From Aquificaceae bacterium (GTDB lineage Bacteria; Aquificota; Aquificia; Aquificales; Aquificaceae), in the NCBI GenBank assembly GCA_037925075.1, contig JAXSNR010000002.1:1-64000 (forward strand): a stretch of DNA of 64,000 bases. Reading direction: 5' to 3'. Made by a program: the position numbers and the translations under genes. Shown here in pieces: positions 17,451 through 28,391 of this stretch; the first letter of the stretch is position 1; each line of letters opens with the position of its first letter. The notes beneath the pieces were generated by a model. It searched no databases, was not told the origin of the DNA, and worked only from the letters and a program-made list of their open reading frames with translations.

Positions 17451-17851
17451 AGGTCCTCGCAATAGACTATGGAAGTAAGCGCATAGGTCTAGCCCTTGGC
17501 GATACAAGGCTTAGAATAGCAATTCCTCTGGAAGGTATTGAAAACAGGGGTGATAAAACCTTTCAGGCAATAGTTGATAAGGCGAAGGAACTTGGTATCC
17601 ACCTTCTCCTTTTGGGACTTCCCCTTACTCCAAAGGGAAAGGAAGGGCAGAGGGCAAGGGAGGTTAGGGATTTTTTGGAAAAATTAAAGCCCTTTTTACC
17701 AGATGATATTGAGGTGCTACTTTGGGATGAAAGATACACTACCCAAGAAGCCCATAGGCTGATGCAGGAGATGAACCTAAAAAAGGGGAAAAAGCTAAAA
17801 GATAGCCTTTCCGCCTACCTTATACTTTTGGAATACATGGAAAGTCTATGA
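17447..17851 (+). CDS. ruvX: YqgF/RuvX family nuclease
   Basis: LAIDYGSKRIGLA, GLP, WDERYTT, DSLSA; TTG start overlapping the upstream stop. Confidence 0.88.
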   Translation: MKVLAIDYGSKRIGLALGDTRLRIAIPLEGIENRGDKTFQAIVDKAKELGIHLLLLGLPLTPKGKEGQRAREVRDFLEKLKPFLPDDIEVLLWDERYTTQEAHRLMQEMNLKKGKKLKDSLSAYLILLEYMESL

Positions 17852-18819
17852 GATACTTGAAGTTTTTTCTTCCAATTTTTGCGGTAGTTCTTTTTATCTT
17901 TTATTCCTTCCTGCCTGTAAGGACTGAGGGAAAGACGGTGGATATAGCCTATGGCACTCCAACCACGGAGATAGCTCTTCAGTTTTACAAAGAAGGGCTT
18001 TTGAGAAACCCCCTTAGCCTTCTATTTATTCATGCACTTTACAAGAGAAAGTTAGAGGCTGGAGAGTACGAGTTTGTAGGTCTTGTCTTCCCTTGGGACA
18101 TATACCACAAGGTCAGCAAAGGGCTAAAAAAGGTCTATAAGATAACCATACCTGAAGGTTCAGACCTTTATGATATAGCTAAGATCCTTGAAGAAAACCG
18201 CATATGCTCTTCGGAGGATTTTTTGAAGTATGCCCTTTCTGAGGAGACCGCAAAAAGATACGGGCTAAAGGTAGGTAGTATGGAGGGCTTTCTCTTTCCA
18301 GACACATACCTTTTTTCAAAGAACACCCATCCCCTAAGGGTTATCGATGTGATGCACAAAAACTTTTTGAGAAAGACAGAAGAGCTTAGGAAAAGGCTTC
18401 CAGAAAAGGGTATTACCCTTGAAGAGTGGGTCACCATAGCGTCCATGATAGAGAAGGAGACCGCAAAGTCAGAGGAAAAACCCTTAGTATCTGCGGTCAT
18501 ATACAACAGGATAAAAAAGGGTATGAAACTACAGATAGACCCTACTGTTATATACGCCTTGAAGAGGAAAAATCTGTGGGATGGGCGATTGCTACTGAAC
18601 CATCTAAAGCTTGAAGATGCCTACAATACTTACCTTTACTTTGGCCTACCACCATCCCCCATATGCAACCCCGGCCTTGAGTCTTTGAAGGCTTCCCTTG
18701 AGCCTGCGGAGGTTGATTATCTGTACTTTGTGGCGGACGGTTCTGGTGGCCATCAATTTAGCAGGACCTATCAAGAGCACAGTAGAAAGGTAAGGGAATA
18801 CAGAAGTGCAAAAAGGTAG
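17848..18819 (+). CDS. mltG: Endolytic transglycosylase MltG
   Basis: EGFLFPDTY, ASMIEKE, LQIDPT, YNTY..GLPPSPI.NPG. Confidence 0.92.
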   Translation: MRYLKFFLPIFAVVLFIFYSFLPVRTEGKTVDIAYGTPTTEIALQFYKEGLLRNPLSLLFIHALYKRKLEAGEYEFVGLVFPWDIYHKVSKGLKKVYKITIPEGSDLYDIAKILEENRICSSEDFLKYALSEETAKRYGLKVGSMEGFLFPDTYLFSKNTHPLRVIDVMHKNFLRKTEELRKRLPEKGITLEEWVTIASMIEKETAKSEEKPLVSAVIYNRIKKGMKLQIDPTVIYALKRKNLWDGRLLLNHLKLEDAYNTYLYFGLPPSPICNPGLESLKASLEPAEVDYLYFVADGSGGHQFSRTYQEHSRKVREYRSAKR

Positions 18820-19351
18820 ATTTATATACTGTGCTGGCTTTGGTGTGGAGAAAAGGCTCCTACTTGCTACCGCAAAAAACATAAGGGAAGTATTCGGCTT
18901 TGAGGTCAGGCTTTCTTACCTTACGCTTCCCCCAAGGCTTGGCCATGACCCTAAAAGAGGACAGTATCACGGTGGTACCCTTTTGGATTTCCTGTCAAGG
19001 GTTTACTATCCTGATATGCTAAAACTTTTGGCCCTTTTGCCCTTTGACCTGTACGAAGATGAGCTAAACTTTATATTTGGACTTGCCCATCTTGGTGGAA
19101 GGTACGCGGTAGTAAGCACTTACAGGCTTCAAAGCTCAGAAGAAGGGCTTTTCTTTGAGAGGGTTTTCAAGGAGGTAAACCACGAGCTTGGTCATACCTT
19201 TGGGCTTATGCATTGCAAAAACAGGGGATGTGTTATGAGCTTTTCCAACAGTCTTTGGGAAGTTGATGCCAAGGGTAGGTTTTTCTGTGAGAATTGTAGT
19301 AAAATACTTTCAAAAGCCAAGGAGGTTTATTATGGCGACCATAACCTATGA
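18806..19351 (+). CDS. Archaemetzincin-family Zn metalloprotease
   Basis: [12 protein letters not shown]...CVMSFSNS...FCENC. Confidence 0.85.
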   Translation: MQKGRFIYCAGFGVEKRLLLATAKNIREVFGFEVRLSYLTLPPRLGHDPKRGQYHGGTLLDFLSRVYYPDMLKLLALLPFDLYEDELNFIFGLAHLGGRYAVVSTYRLQSSEEGLFFERVFKEVNHELGHTFGLMHCKNRGCVMSFSNSLWEVDAKGRFFCENCSKILSKAKEVYYGDHNL

Positions 19352-20843
19352 GGAGGCTCTTCAACTTTTGAAGGAACAGATAAAGGGATTTGAAGCATCC
19401 GCAAAGATGGAAGAGGTGGGTGTGGTTTATTATGTGGGTGATGGTGTTGCAAGGGCTTATGGGCTTGACAATGTGATGGCAAACGAGCTTGTGGAGTTTG
19501 AAGGTGGGACGATGGGGCTTGCCTTCAACCTTGAAGAGGACAATGTGGGTATCATAGTGCTTGGTAGTGAAAGTGGTATAAGGGAAGGCTCCATAGTGAG
19601 AAGAACTGGTAGGATTTTGGACGCCCCAGTGGGAGAAGGGCTTATAGGAAGGGTTATCGACCCTCTTGGCAACCCTCTTGACGGCAAAGGTCCCATAAAG
19701 TACGAATACAGATCCCCTGTGGAGAAGATAGCACCGGGAGTGGTAAAGAGAAAGTCCGTTCATGAGCCTTTGCAGACAGGTATAAAAGCCATAGACGCCA
19801 TGATACCTATAGGAAGGGGTCAGAGGGAGCTTATCATAGGAGACAGGTCCACAGGAAGAACCACCATCTGTATAGACACCATACTAAACCAGAAGGACAC
19901 GGATGTTTATTGCATATACGTTGCCATAGGTCAAAAGAGGTCCACCACCGCAAGGATCATAGAGCTTCTTGAAAGAAGCGGTGCCATGGAATACACGTGC
20001 GTGGTGGTGGCATCGGCAACAGACCCAGCATCTTTGCAATACTTGGCACCCTTTGTGGGATGCACCATAGGTGAATACTTTAGAGACAACGGAAAGCACG
20101 CCCTCATAATATACGACGACCTTTCAAAGCATGCGGAAGCCTACAGACAGCTTTCCCTTCTTATGAGAAGACCGCCGGGTAGAGAAGCGTACCCAGGAGA
20201 TGTTTTCTACCTTCACTCAAGGCTTTTGGAGCGTGCTGCAAAGCTAAACGATGAGCTTGGTGCTGGCTCTCTTACCGCACTCCCCATCATAGAAACAAAG
20301 GCAGGTGACGTGGCAGCATACATTCCCACAAATGTTATATCCATCACCGACGGGCAGATTTACCTTGAGCCAGACCTCTTTAACAAGGGCATAAGACCCG
20401 CCATAAATGTAGGCCTTTCCGTTTCAAGGGTTGGAGGTGCGGCACAGATAAAGGCTATGAAACAGGTCGCTGGAACCCTCAGGCTTGACCTTGCCCAGTT
20501 TAGAGAGCTTGAGGCTTTTGTGCAGTTTGCTTCGGAGCTTGATAAGGCAACCCAGCAAACCATAAACAGAGGCTTAAGGCTCGTGGAACTTCTAAAGCAA
20601 GAGCCTTACAACCCCATACCTGTTGAAAAGCAGATAATAGCCATATACGCAGGAACGAACGGATACCTTGACGACCTTCCTGTGGAGTCTGTAAGAAAAT
20701 TTGAAAAGGAGCTCTATACATACCTTGACAGGGAAAGACCCGACCTTCTTAAAGAGATAAGGGAAAAGAAAGCTCTTGATGACCAACTCAAGGCGAAGAT
20801 AGAAGAAGCTCTCAAGGACTTTAAATCCAAGTTCATTCCTTGA
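19332..20843 (+). CDS. atpA: F1 ATP synthase subunit alpha
   Basis: [53 protein letters not shown] before ATG 19332. Confidence 0.97.
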   Translation: MATITYEEALQLLKEQIKGFEASAKMEEVGVVYYVGDGVARAYGLDNVMANELVEFEGGTMGLAFNLEEDNVGIIVLGSESGIREGSIVRRTGRILDAPVGEGLIGRVIDPLGNPLDGKGPIKYEYRSPVEKIAPGVVKRKSVHEPLQTGIKAIDAMIPIGRGQRELIIGDRSTGRTTICIDTILNQKDTDVYCIYVAIGQKRSTTARIIELLERSGAMEYTCVVVASATDPASLQYLAPFVGCTIGEYFRDNGKHALIIYDDLSKHAEAYRQLSLLMRRPPGREAYPGDVFYLHSRLLERAAKLNDELGAGSLTALPIIETKAGDVAAYIPTNVISITDGQIYLEPDLFNKGIRPAINVGLSVSRVGGAAQIKAMKQVAGTLRLDLAQFRELEAFVQFASELDKATQQTINRGLRLVELLKQEPYNPIPVEKQIIAIYAGTNGYLDDLPVESVRKFEKELYTYLDRERPDLLKEIREKKALDDQLKAKIEEALKDFKSKFIP

Positions 20844-21631
20844 GGGTATATGTAGGCTGTAGTGGATTTTTCTACAAGGATTGGGTGGGAGGGTTCTACC
20901 CTCCTCTTCTAAAAAGGGAAGATTACATAAGGTTTTATTCTCAGTATTTTGAGGTGGTGGAGATAAACTCCTCCTTTTATAACTTTCCCAACAGGTCTAC
21001 GGTAAAAAGCCTGCTTTCAAGAACTTCAAGCTTGAGGTTTGCCTTTAAAGCCCACAGAACTTTCACTCATTACAGGTTATACACTCAAGAAGATGTAAAA
21101 AAATTCCTCCATGCCCTTGAACCAGCCTTTGAAGAAGAAAGGTTTGTAGCTCTTCTCTTTCAATTTCCCGAAAGCTTTGGCTACAAAGAGGAAAACTTAC
21201 AGCATATAAAAAAGCTCTCAGAAGACTTTAGAGGTGTGCAAAAGGTTATTGAGGTAAGAAACAAAAGCTTTAAAAAGGCGGATTTCTATGGCTTCCTTGA
21301 AGAGCTTGGTTTTTCTCTTGTGAACTCTGACGCACCAAAGGGAAGTAGGTTTCTTGTGGGTCCATGGGTTGGTGTAGGTGAAATAAACTACCTAAGGCTT
21401 CACGGAAGAGACCCAGAGCACCTTTATGACTACCTTTACTCTTTTGATGAACTGAAAAAGATTAGGGAAAAGGTCAAAAAACTGGGAAACAAAGATACCT
21501 ACATCTTTTTCAACAACACGGTAAAAGCTCAGGCGGTGCTTAACGCCCTACAGTTAAAGCTTCTTTTTGGTATAAAGGTGGAGATTCCAAAAAGCCTTCA
21601 AAGTTCCTTGAAAGAAAGGGAGTGGGAATAG
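20840..21631 (+). CDS. DUF72 family protein
   Basis: [27 protein letters not shown]. Confidence 0.88.
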   Translation: MRVYVGCSGFFYKDWVGGFYPPLLKREDYIRFYSQYFEVVEINSSFYNFPNRSTVKSLLSRTSSLRFAFKAHRTFTHYRLYTQEDVKKFLHALEPAFEEERFVALLFQFPESFGYKEENLQHIKKLSEDFRGVQKVIEVRNKSFKKADFYGFLEELGFSLVNSDAPKGSRFLVGPWVGVGEINYLRLHGRDPEHLYDYLYSFDELKKIREKVKKLGNKDTYIFFNNTVKAQAVLNALQLKLLFGIKVEIPKSLQSSLKEREWE

Positions 21632-21656
21632 ATTATAATCTCAGTGGAGGCTTGCT

Positions 21657-22093
21657 ATGTTAAGACTGTTTTTGATTGTGCTATTCTTTGGCATAGCCTT
21701 TTCTAAGGAGATTTCTTTTACCTTGGAGGACAGGGACAGGATAATAAAATTGGAGGAGGGTCAAAAGGCTATAATTCAGAGGCTTGAACAGTTAGAAAGA
21801 CAGGTGGACAAGAGGTTTGAGCAAGTAGACAAGAGGTTTGAGCAGTTAGAAAGACAGATAGATAGGCTTATTGATATCATGATCGCCATATTTGGGGGGC
21901 AGATAGTACTTGTGGCAACGGTTATAGGGGTCCTTATATGGGACAGAAGAACCGTGGTCAAGAAGGCTACCGACGAAGCCCTTGAAAAGCTTGAAAGTGA
22001 TAAAAGTTTAAAAGTCTTTTGGAAGCCATAAGAGACTTGGCAAAGGAGGATGAGCGTGTCGCAAGAGTTCTCAAAAAGTATAACCTTCTATGA
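21657..22093 (+). pseudogene. Exported/membrane coiled-coil repeat protein with probable frameshift near 22005
   Basis: Signal peptide, (VDKRFEQ)n repeats, TM segment. ORF stops at 22031, but another frame continues FKSLLEAIRDLAKEDERVARVLKKYNLL to 22093. Confidence 0.55.
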
Positions 22094-22149
22094 CCCAATT
22101 TTAGTTATATATTGTCAATTTTTATGACAGGAATATATTTAACTCTACC

Positions 22150-22629
22150 ATGAGGGAGATAAGCAAGAATGCAAAAGAGCTCTTGGAGAAGGCTCTTCAG
22201 GAGCATATGGAAGGAAACCTACAGCAAGCTATTGAGCTATACAGGCAGTCCATAGATATTCAACCCACCGCGGAGGCTTACACCTACATGGGTTGGGCAT
22301 ACAGTATGCTTGGTGAATTTGAAACCGCAATAGAGCTTTGTCTAAAGGCTATAGAGATAGACCCAGATTTTGGAAATCCTTACAACGACATAGGTTCTTA
22401 CCTTATAGCTCTTGGAAGGCTTGACGAAGCCATCCCATGGTTAAAAAGAGCCATAACCGCGCCTAGATATGAACCAAGACAGTATCCTCATATGAACTTG
22501 GCAAGGGTTTATCTCATGAAGGGCATGTTTAAGGACGCCCTCATAGAGGTGGAGAACGCCCTAAGGTTAGCACCAGACTACAAACCAGCCCACGTGCTAA
22601 GACACCAGATATTGGCTATGTTAAACTGA
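22150..22629 (+). CDS. TPR repeat protein
   Basis: Consecutive TPR motifs (AEAYTYMGWAY, AIEIDPDFGNPYNDIG). Confidence 0.85.
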   Translation: MREISKNAKELLEKALQEHMEGNLQQAIELYRQSIDIQPTAEAYTYMGWAYSMLGEFETAIELCLKAIEIDPDFGNPYNDIGSYLIALGRLDEAIPWLKRAITAPRYEPRQYPHMNLARVYLMKGMFKDALIEVENALRLAPDYKPAHVLRHQILAMLN

Positions 22630-22633
22630 TACA

Positions 22634-23110
22634 ATGGCAAAACAAACTGGAGAGCTCACTGTAGCCTACAACAAGGAAGCAAAGGCGGAGTATGAGGTGT
22701 TGGAAACTTACGAGGCTGGCATAGTCCTTGAGGGTCCTGAAGTGAAAGCCCTCAGAAACAGGCAGACGGTCTCCTTCAAAGACAGCTTTGTAAGGATCCA
22801 AGAGGGAGAAGCTTGGCTCTATAACCTTTACATAGCACCCTACACTTATGCCACCATAAAACCCCCAGACCCGCTCAGAACCAGAAAGCTCTTGCTCCAT
22901 AAGAGAGAAATCCTCAGGCTTATGGGGAAGGTCAAAGAAAAGGGCTATACCCTTATACCCCTGAGAGTGTATTTCAAAAATGGAAAGGCAAAGGTGGAGA
23001 TAGCCCTTGCCAGAGGCAAAAAGTCCCATGACAGAAGAGAGGAGATACGACAAAGGGACCTTGAGAGACAGCTCAGAAGGGAGTTAAAGGAAGGCAAGAT
23101 AAAGCTATAA
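22634..23110 (+). CDS. smpB: SsrA-binding protein
   Basis: EAGIVL.G.EVK, RTRKLLLHKREI, ARGKK.HDRR. Confidence 0.96.
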   Translation: MAKQTGELTVAYNKEAKAEYEVLETYEAGIVLEGPEVKALRNRQTVSFKDSFVRIQEGEAWLYNLYIAPYTYATIKPPDPLRTRKLLLHKREILRLMGKVKEKGYTLIPLRVYFKNGKAKVEIALARGKKSHDRREEIRQRDLERQLRRELKEGKIKL

Positions 23111-23124
23111 TATATACTCCCTTA

Positions 23125-23215
23125 GGAGGGGTGGCCGAGTGGACGAAGGCGGGTGATTTGAAATCACCAGTGGGTTTACAGCCCACCGGGGGTTCGAATC
23201 CCTCCCCCTCCGCCA
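23125..23215 (+). tRNA. tRNA-Ser(TGA)
   Basis: GGAGGGG acceptor, anticodon arm GGTGA-TTTGAAA-TCACC, long variable arm, GGTTCGAATCC, encoded CCA. Confidence 0.95.
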
Positions 23216-23991
23216 AGCACAAATTCCAACAATCCTAAAAATTCCCGAGTTTTTATTCCTATCTCTCCCGCATATCTTACACATTCTTCCTTCATATCCT
23301 TTACCCTCTTCCAAAGCTCTTCACCGTAGAGAAGATAAAAACCATCCTTGTCCTTCCAGTCATCCACCATCTGAAAGAGTAAGCCTATTTTTAGACCAAT
23401 ATCTTCAAGGTCTCTGATAAGGTCAAGCCTCTTGGCCACCACCCCACCAGCCTTGAAGCAGAAAGAGAAAAGCCTTGCGGTCTTTTTAAAGCTTATCTCC
23501 TCTTGAGAAGAAAGCCTTCTTACGTCCATAACCTGCCCACCCACCATACCACTAAAGCCCCCATCAAGGGCAAGTTCCTTGACAAGTAATAAGAGCTCCT
23601 CCTCTTTGAGGCTTTTAAAGTTTTCCTTAGTGGAAAGCACCTCAAAGGCAAGTGTAAGAAGAGCATCACCCGCTAAGATTGCCATATCTTCACCAAAGAC
23701 TACATGACAGGTGGGCTTTCCTCTCCTTAAGCTGTCGTTGTCAAGGGCAGGAAGGTCATCATGTATCAGGGAGTAGTTGTGCAACATCTCCACCGCACAG
23801 CCTACCGTGATGGCATCCTCCATATCACCACCCAGAGCATCGCATACCGCACACAAAAAGAGTGGTCTTATACGTTTGCCCTCTTGAAAGAGATAGTAGG
23901 CCATTGCCTCATAAAGCAGTTTTGGTTCAAAGGGTTTAAGAAGAACCCTTAGCCTTTTCTCTATTTCCTTCTTCCAAAGTTCTGTTCTCAT
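23176..23991 (-). CDS. ispA: Polyprenyl (geranylgeranyl/farnesyl) diphosphate synthase
   Basis: GKRIRP, SLIHDDLPALDND..RRGKPT, FQMVDD. Confidence 0.9.
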   Translation of the reverse strand: MRTELWKKEIEKRLRVLLKPFEPKLLYEAMAYYLFQEGKRIRPLFLCAVCDALGGDMEDAITVGCAVEMLHNYSLIHDDLPALDNDSLRRGKPTCHVVFGEDMAILAGDALLTLAFEVLSTKENFKSLKEEELLLLVKELALDGGFSGMVGGQVMDVRRLSSQEEISFKKTARLFSFCFKAGGVVAKRLDLIRDLEDIGLKIGLLFQMVDDWKDKDGFYLLYGEELWKRVKDMKEECVRYAGEIGIKTREFLGLLEFVLGGGGGIRTPGGL

Positions 23992-23994
23992 CCT

Positions 23995-24732
23995 TCAGAA
24001 AATTATCGCAGTCAAAAAGTAATCGGAGATGAGTATAAGCATGGAAGAGGTTACCACGCTGTTTGTGGTTGCCCTTCCCACGCCCTCTGTCCCACCTTTT
24101 GTGTAATAACCAAAATAACAGCTAACTGCGGAGATTAAAAACCCAAAAAAAACCGCCTTGTAAAGACCGCCTATAAAGTCGTAAAGCTCCGCAAGGTCCT
24201 TCATCTTTTCCCAAAAAAGATACTCATTCACTCCAAAGAGTTTGACCGCCACAAACCACCCACCAAATATTCCAGATAGATCCGCAATTAGTACAAGCAT
24301 GGGAACTCCCACTATGCCTGCAAAGAGCCTTGGAGATACAAGGTAGCTCTTTGGATTTATACCCATAACCTCAAGGGCGTCTATCTGCTCTGTGATCCTC
24401 ATGGTGCCTATGTTGGCGGTCATTGCAGAACCCACCCTTGCCACCACCATAAGAGATGCAAGCACAGGACCTAACTCCCTTCCCATGGATATGGCAACCA
24501 CAGCACCGATAAGGAACTCCGCATTAAAACGGTGAAAGGTGCTGTAGGTTTGAAGGGCTATAACGCCACCAGAGAAGAGAGAGGTGATCACTACCACGGG
24601 TATAGTCTCAGAGGCTAAGTAGGCAATCTGCTTAAAAAAATGTCTTGCTTTAGGCGGTTTTCTGAAGATGTAATAAAGCCCCCAGAGGGTAAGAAGCGTA
24701 GCCCTCCCCACCTCCTCAAAAATTTTTAACAT
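23995..24732 (-). CDS. mlaE: MlaE family ABC permease
   Basis: RELGPVL, GTMRITEQIDALEVM, GVGRATTNSVV. Confidence 0.9.
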   Translation of the reverse strand: MLKIFEEVGRATLLTLWGLYYIFRKPPKARHFFKQIAYLASETIPVVVITSLFSGGVIALQTYSTFHRFNAEFLIGAVVAISMGRELGPVLASLMVVARVGSAMTANIGTMRITEQIDALEVMGINPKSYLVSPRLFAGIVGVPMLVLIADLSGIFGGWFVAVKLFGVNEYLFWEKMKDLAELYDFIGGLYKAVFFGFLISAVSCYFGYYTKGGTEGVGRATTNSVVTSSMLILISDYFLTAIIF

Positions 24733-25879
24733 GTTGCATATACCTCTCAAACCTCTCCTTTATCTCTTCCATAAAGTCTCCACCCAACTTTTCAAGTAGA
24801 GCGTCCGCCAACACTATGGCGAGCATGGCCTCTCCAACCACAGAGGCGGCAGCAACCGCCACCACATCGCTCCTTTCCTTCCCTGCTTTTACCTCCTCCT
24901 TTGTTTTCACATCCACGCTCCTGAGAGGCTTTGTGAGGGTTGGTATGGGTTTCATGGCACACCTTACAAGGATGGGCATACCGTTGGTTATACCGCCCTC
25001 TGTCCCTCCAAGATGGTTGGTATAACGAAAGTAGCCCTTATCTTCTGACCATCCTATTTCGTCGTGCACCTCCGAGCCATAAAGCTCACCACTTTTAAAA
25101 CCAAGCCCTATCTCCACCCCCTTTATGGCCTGTATGCTCATCATAGCCTGAGCAATCTTACCATCTATGCGTTTGTCCCACTGAATATGGCTTCCAAGCC
25201 CGGGAGGAACGCCTACTGCAAAAACCTCAAAGACACCACCAAGGCTTTCGCCCCTTTCCTTTGCCTCATCAATGACCCTTTTAAACTCTTCATCCTTTGA
25301 AGGGTCTGGGAAACGCACCTGTGAAAGCTCCGCAAGTTCATGCCTTTTGAGAAGGTCTTGCTCTTTTATCTCCGGTTTTGATTTACCTATACTTACCACA
25401 TAGCTACCTATTCTTATTCCAAATTCTTCCAGTAGCCTTTTGCAAACTGCACCCACCGCCACCCTTGCGGCGGTCTCTCTGGCGGAAGCCCTTTCAAGGA
25501 TGTTCCTAAGGTCTTTTTGGTTATACTTTATACCACCCACCAGGTCCGCATGCCCCGGGCGAGGTCTTGTAAAGGGAACGACGCTTTCGGGAGCTTCCCC
25601 TTCGTACGCCATTTTGTCCTGCCAGTTTTCCCAGTCCTTGTTCCAGATAACCATACTTATAGGGCTTCCAAGAGTTTTGCCAAAACGCACACCGGAGAGA
25701 AACTCCACCCTGTCGCTTTCTATCTTCATCCTCCCACCCCTACCATAACCCTTTTGTCTTCTCTGAAGCTCCCTGTTTATGTAGTCTGAAGAAAGATAGA
25801 GGTTTGCGGGAATGCCTTCAAGTATGCAGACTAAAGCCTTTCCGTGCGACTCTCCCGCGGTAAGAAACCTTATAGGCAT
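24716..25879 (-). CDS. aroC: Chorismate synthase
   Basis: TAGESHG, RPGHAD, ERASARETA, MKPIPT. Confidence 0.97.
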   Translation of the reverse strand: MPIRFLTAGESHGKALVCILEGIPANLYLSSDYINRELQRRQKGYGRGGRMKIESDRVEFLSGVRFGKTLGSPISMVIWNKDWENWQDKMAYEGEAPESVVPFTRPRPGHADLVGGIKYNQKDLRNILERASARETAARVAVGAVCKRLLEEFGIRIGSYVVSIGKSKPEIKEQDLLKRHELAELSQVRFPDPSKDEEFKRVIDEAKERGESLGGVFEVFAVGVPPGLGSHIQWDKRIDGKIAQAMMSIQAIKGVEIGLGFKSGELYGSEVHDEIGWSEDKGYFRYTNHLGGTEGGITNGMPILVRCAMKPIPTLTKPLRSVDVKTKEEVKAGKERSDVVAVAAASVVGEAMLAIVLADALLEKLGGDFMEEIKERFERYMQHVKNF

Positions 25880-26082
25880 CAGCCCCTAACAGCAACCGCC
25901 TTTACCACTTTACCAGCCTTTAGACACTTGGCACACACATAAACCCTTCTCACACTTCCATCTTGGAGAACCACCCTAACCCTTTGAAGGTTTGGCTTAA
26001 AGGTCCTTGAATTCTGCTCTGCGGAGAAGGTTACACTCTTTCCAAACTTTGTAGTCTTGCCACAAACATAACATCTTGCCAT
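25879..26082 (-). CDS. rpmB: 50S ribosomal protein L28
   Basis: MARCYVCGK...RTFKPNLQ...CAKCLKAG. Confidence 0.93.
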   Translation of the reverse strand: MARCYVCGKTTKFGKSVTFSAEQNSRTFKPNLQRVRVVLQDGSVRRVYVCAKCLKAGKVVKAVAVRG

Positions 26083-26103
26083 GTTTAACCTCCTACTTAT
26101 AAA

Positions 26104-27360
26104 CTATGTCCCAAATTCCCAAGAAGACAAATATTTTACCTGCTCGGGCGTTAGCTGGTCAATCTCTATTCCCATGCTTCTTAACTTTAGAGATGCTACC
26201 TCTCTGTCTATCTCTTCGGGCACTCGGTATACATCTTTTTTTAGGCTTTGGTGGTTTTTAAGTATGTATTCTGCAGAAAGTGCCTGATTGGCAAAGCTCA
26301 TATCCATCACGGACGCAGGATGCCCTTCCGCACTGGCAAGGTTTACAAGCCTTCCCTGAGCCAAAAGGTATATTCTTCTTCCGTCCCTTAGGATATATTC
26401 CTCTACAAAGGGTCTTATCTCTCTCTTTCCAACGCTTAAACCTTCAAGGGCGTCTATGTCTATCTCCACATTAAAGTGTCCAGAGTTGGAGATGATGGCT
26501 CCGTCCTTCATCCTCTCAAAGTGCTCCTTTCTTATAACGGAGGTGTTGCCCGTGACCGTCACAAAGAAGTCTCCAAGTTTGCAAGCGTCAAGCATGGGCA
26601 TAACCAAAAAGCCGTCCATCTTTGCCTCAAGGGCTTTTATGGGGTCCACCTCAGCCACTATAACCGTAGCTCCCATTCCTCTTGCCCTCTGGGCGACGCC
26701 CTTACCACACCATCCATATCCAGCCACCACAAAGTAAGAGCCTGCTATAAGCCTGTTTGTCGCTCTCATTATGGCGTCTATTGTGGATTGGCCCGTGCCA
26801 TAGCGGTTGTCAAACATATGCTTTGTGTATGCGTCATTTACCGCGATTATGGGAAACTGAAGGACTCCCTGCTGAGCCATAGCCCTGAGCCTAATAACGC
26901 CCGTGGTGGTCTCCTCCATGCCTCCGTAAACCCTCTTTGCAAGCTCTGGAACCTCCCTATGCAAGGTAGATATAAGATCTGCACCATCATCTATAACTAT
27001 ATGGGGTTCCCTGTTTATAACTTCCCTGAGATGCATGTAGTAGGTATCTGTATCTTCACCCTTTATGGCAAAGACGGGTATGTCAAAATATTTAACCAGT
27101 GCGGATGCTACATCATCCTGGGTGGATAGAGGATTTGAAGCGGTCAAAAAGACCTCCGCACCACCTTCCTTTAAGGTTATGGCGAGGTTTGCGGTTTCCG
27201 TGGTTACATGAAGGCATGCGGATATACGCACGCCTTTGAAGGGCTTTTCCTTTGAAAACCTTTCCCTTATGCTTCTGAGGACTGGCATGTCCCTTTCCGC
27301 CCACTCTATCCTGTTTTTCCCAAACTCTGCGAGGCTTAGGTCTCTGATGTGGTAGTCCAT
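26104..27360 (-). CDS. ahcY: Adenosylhomocysteinase
   Basis: [47 protein letters not shown]. Confidence 0.97.
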   Translation of the reverse strand: MDYHIRDLSLAEFGKNRIEWAERDMPVLRSIRERFSKEKPFKGVRISACLHVTTETANLAITLKEGGAEVFLTASNPLSTQDDVASALVKYFDIPVFAIKGEDTDTYYMHLREVINREPHIVIDDGADLISTLHREVPELAKRVYGGMEETTTGVIRLRAMAQQGVLQFPIIAVNDAYTKHMFDNRYGTGQSTIDAIMRATNRLIAGSYFVVAGYGWCGKGVAQRARGMGATVIVAEVDPIKALEAKMDGFLVMPMLDACKLGDFFVTVTGNTSVIRKEHFERMKDGAIISNSGHFNVEIDIDALEGLSVGKREIRPFVEEYILRDGRRIYLLAQGRLVNLASAEGHPASVMDMSFANQALSAEYILKNHQSLKKDVYRVPEEIDREVASLKLRSMGIEIDQLTPEQVKYLSSWEFGT

Positions 27361-27541
27361 TTTATTCCTCCAAGCTCATTTTCTCAAAATACTTGAAACG
27401 CAATGAGAATTATTATAGCAAACTTCCTTTGTTGGTATGACTAATCCCATGACTACCTTGGATAGGATTATCTGCACCTAAAATAGCATCAAGTTTATGT
27501 AAGTAAAAATAAAAGCTTTTAGTTTTCAGGTGTTTTAATAT

Positions 27542-28391
27542 TCATCTCGTAATCTTTCTATTTTTCTTCTCCAAGATTTTGGAATTACAATTCATGTTTA
27601 AATGCTTTATTGCTACTTTTATAAACTCCAAAGCGTACAGCTGTTCACATGTTAATGCTTTACCTTTTAAGCTTATATTTTTATTATTAAAAACGTTCCA
27701 AAAGATGTAGGCTAAGTTATCAGGGTAATCTTTATCCTTGTTTAACATTATCATCCACCACCCAATAAAGCTTATCCTTTTCTTTAAAACCCTTTTCTAT
27801 GTCTTGCTTCAGGGAAACAGCATGCTTACAGTAATACTCACCCTCTTTATCCTTAAAAAGCTTTAAAGTTTTACAAAAAAGAGCCAATCCTGTGTAAGCT
27901 TCTATATTGTCTATAAGAAACTTAGAGTTTAAATCTGGCTTTGCCCTCACAAGTCCGCTATCAGTATCCTTAAGTTTTATGATAGCATAAGATATGTCTT
28001 TTATTTTTGATAGGTTGTCCCTTATGAAGTCCAAATCTTTGGTGTAAAGTATATACAAGTAAATCAAAACAAGAAAAGTTCCAGCGTAGGAGTCAGCAGA
28101 ATCATAATCATCTAAGGATACGAGTTTTCCTTCTTTAAAGATAAAGTCATAGATTGTGCCGGTATATCCGTACTTGTCTGGGTAGTTTAGATTGTGAATA
28201 TACCAAAGTATATAATCCTTTACTATGTGATGTTCTCCTTCAATTAGAGACTTTAAGGCAAAAGTTGTTAAAAAGTATGGGGATATAACCTTATTTTTAT
28301 CTCCACACTTCCATTTATCAATTATAGCAGGGTAAGACATGGCAAAGCTAAGGCAATTTATTAGAAAAGCTAATACTAAGCTCCTTAACAT
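27542..28391 (-). pseudogene. Exported protein, possibly glycosidase-like, apparently split by a frameshift near 27740
   Basis: Signal peptide MLRSLVLAFLINCLSFA and YDSADSYA / LIDNIE.Y.GL motifs. Stops at 27732; an overlapping frame continues DYPDNLAYIF to 27542. Confidence 0.45.

Noticed and set aside
19332..20843. atpA outside an atp operon as an anomaly
   Set aside because: Dispersed ATP synthase genes are known in Aquificae.
27361..27420. SAH riboswitch upstream of ahcY
   Set aside because: A hairpin (CTCATT...AATGAG) is present, but it does not match the SAH riboswitch consensus as I know it.
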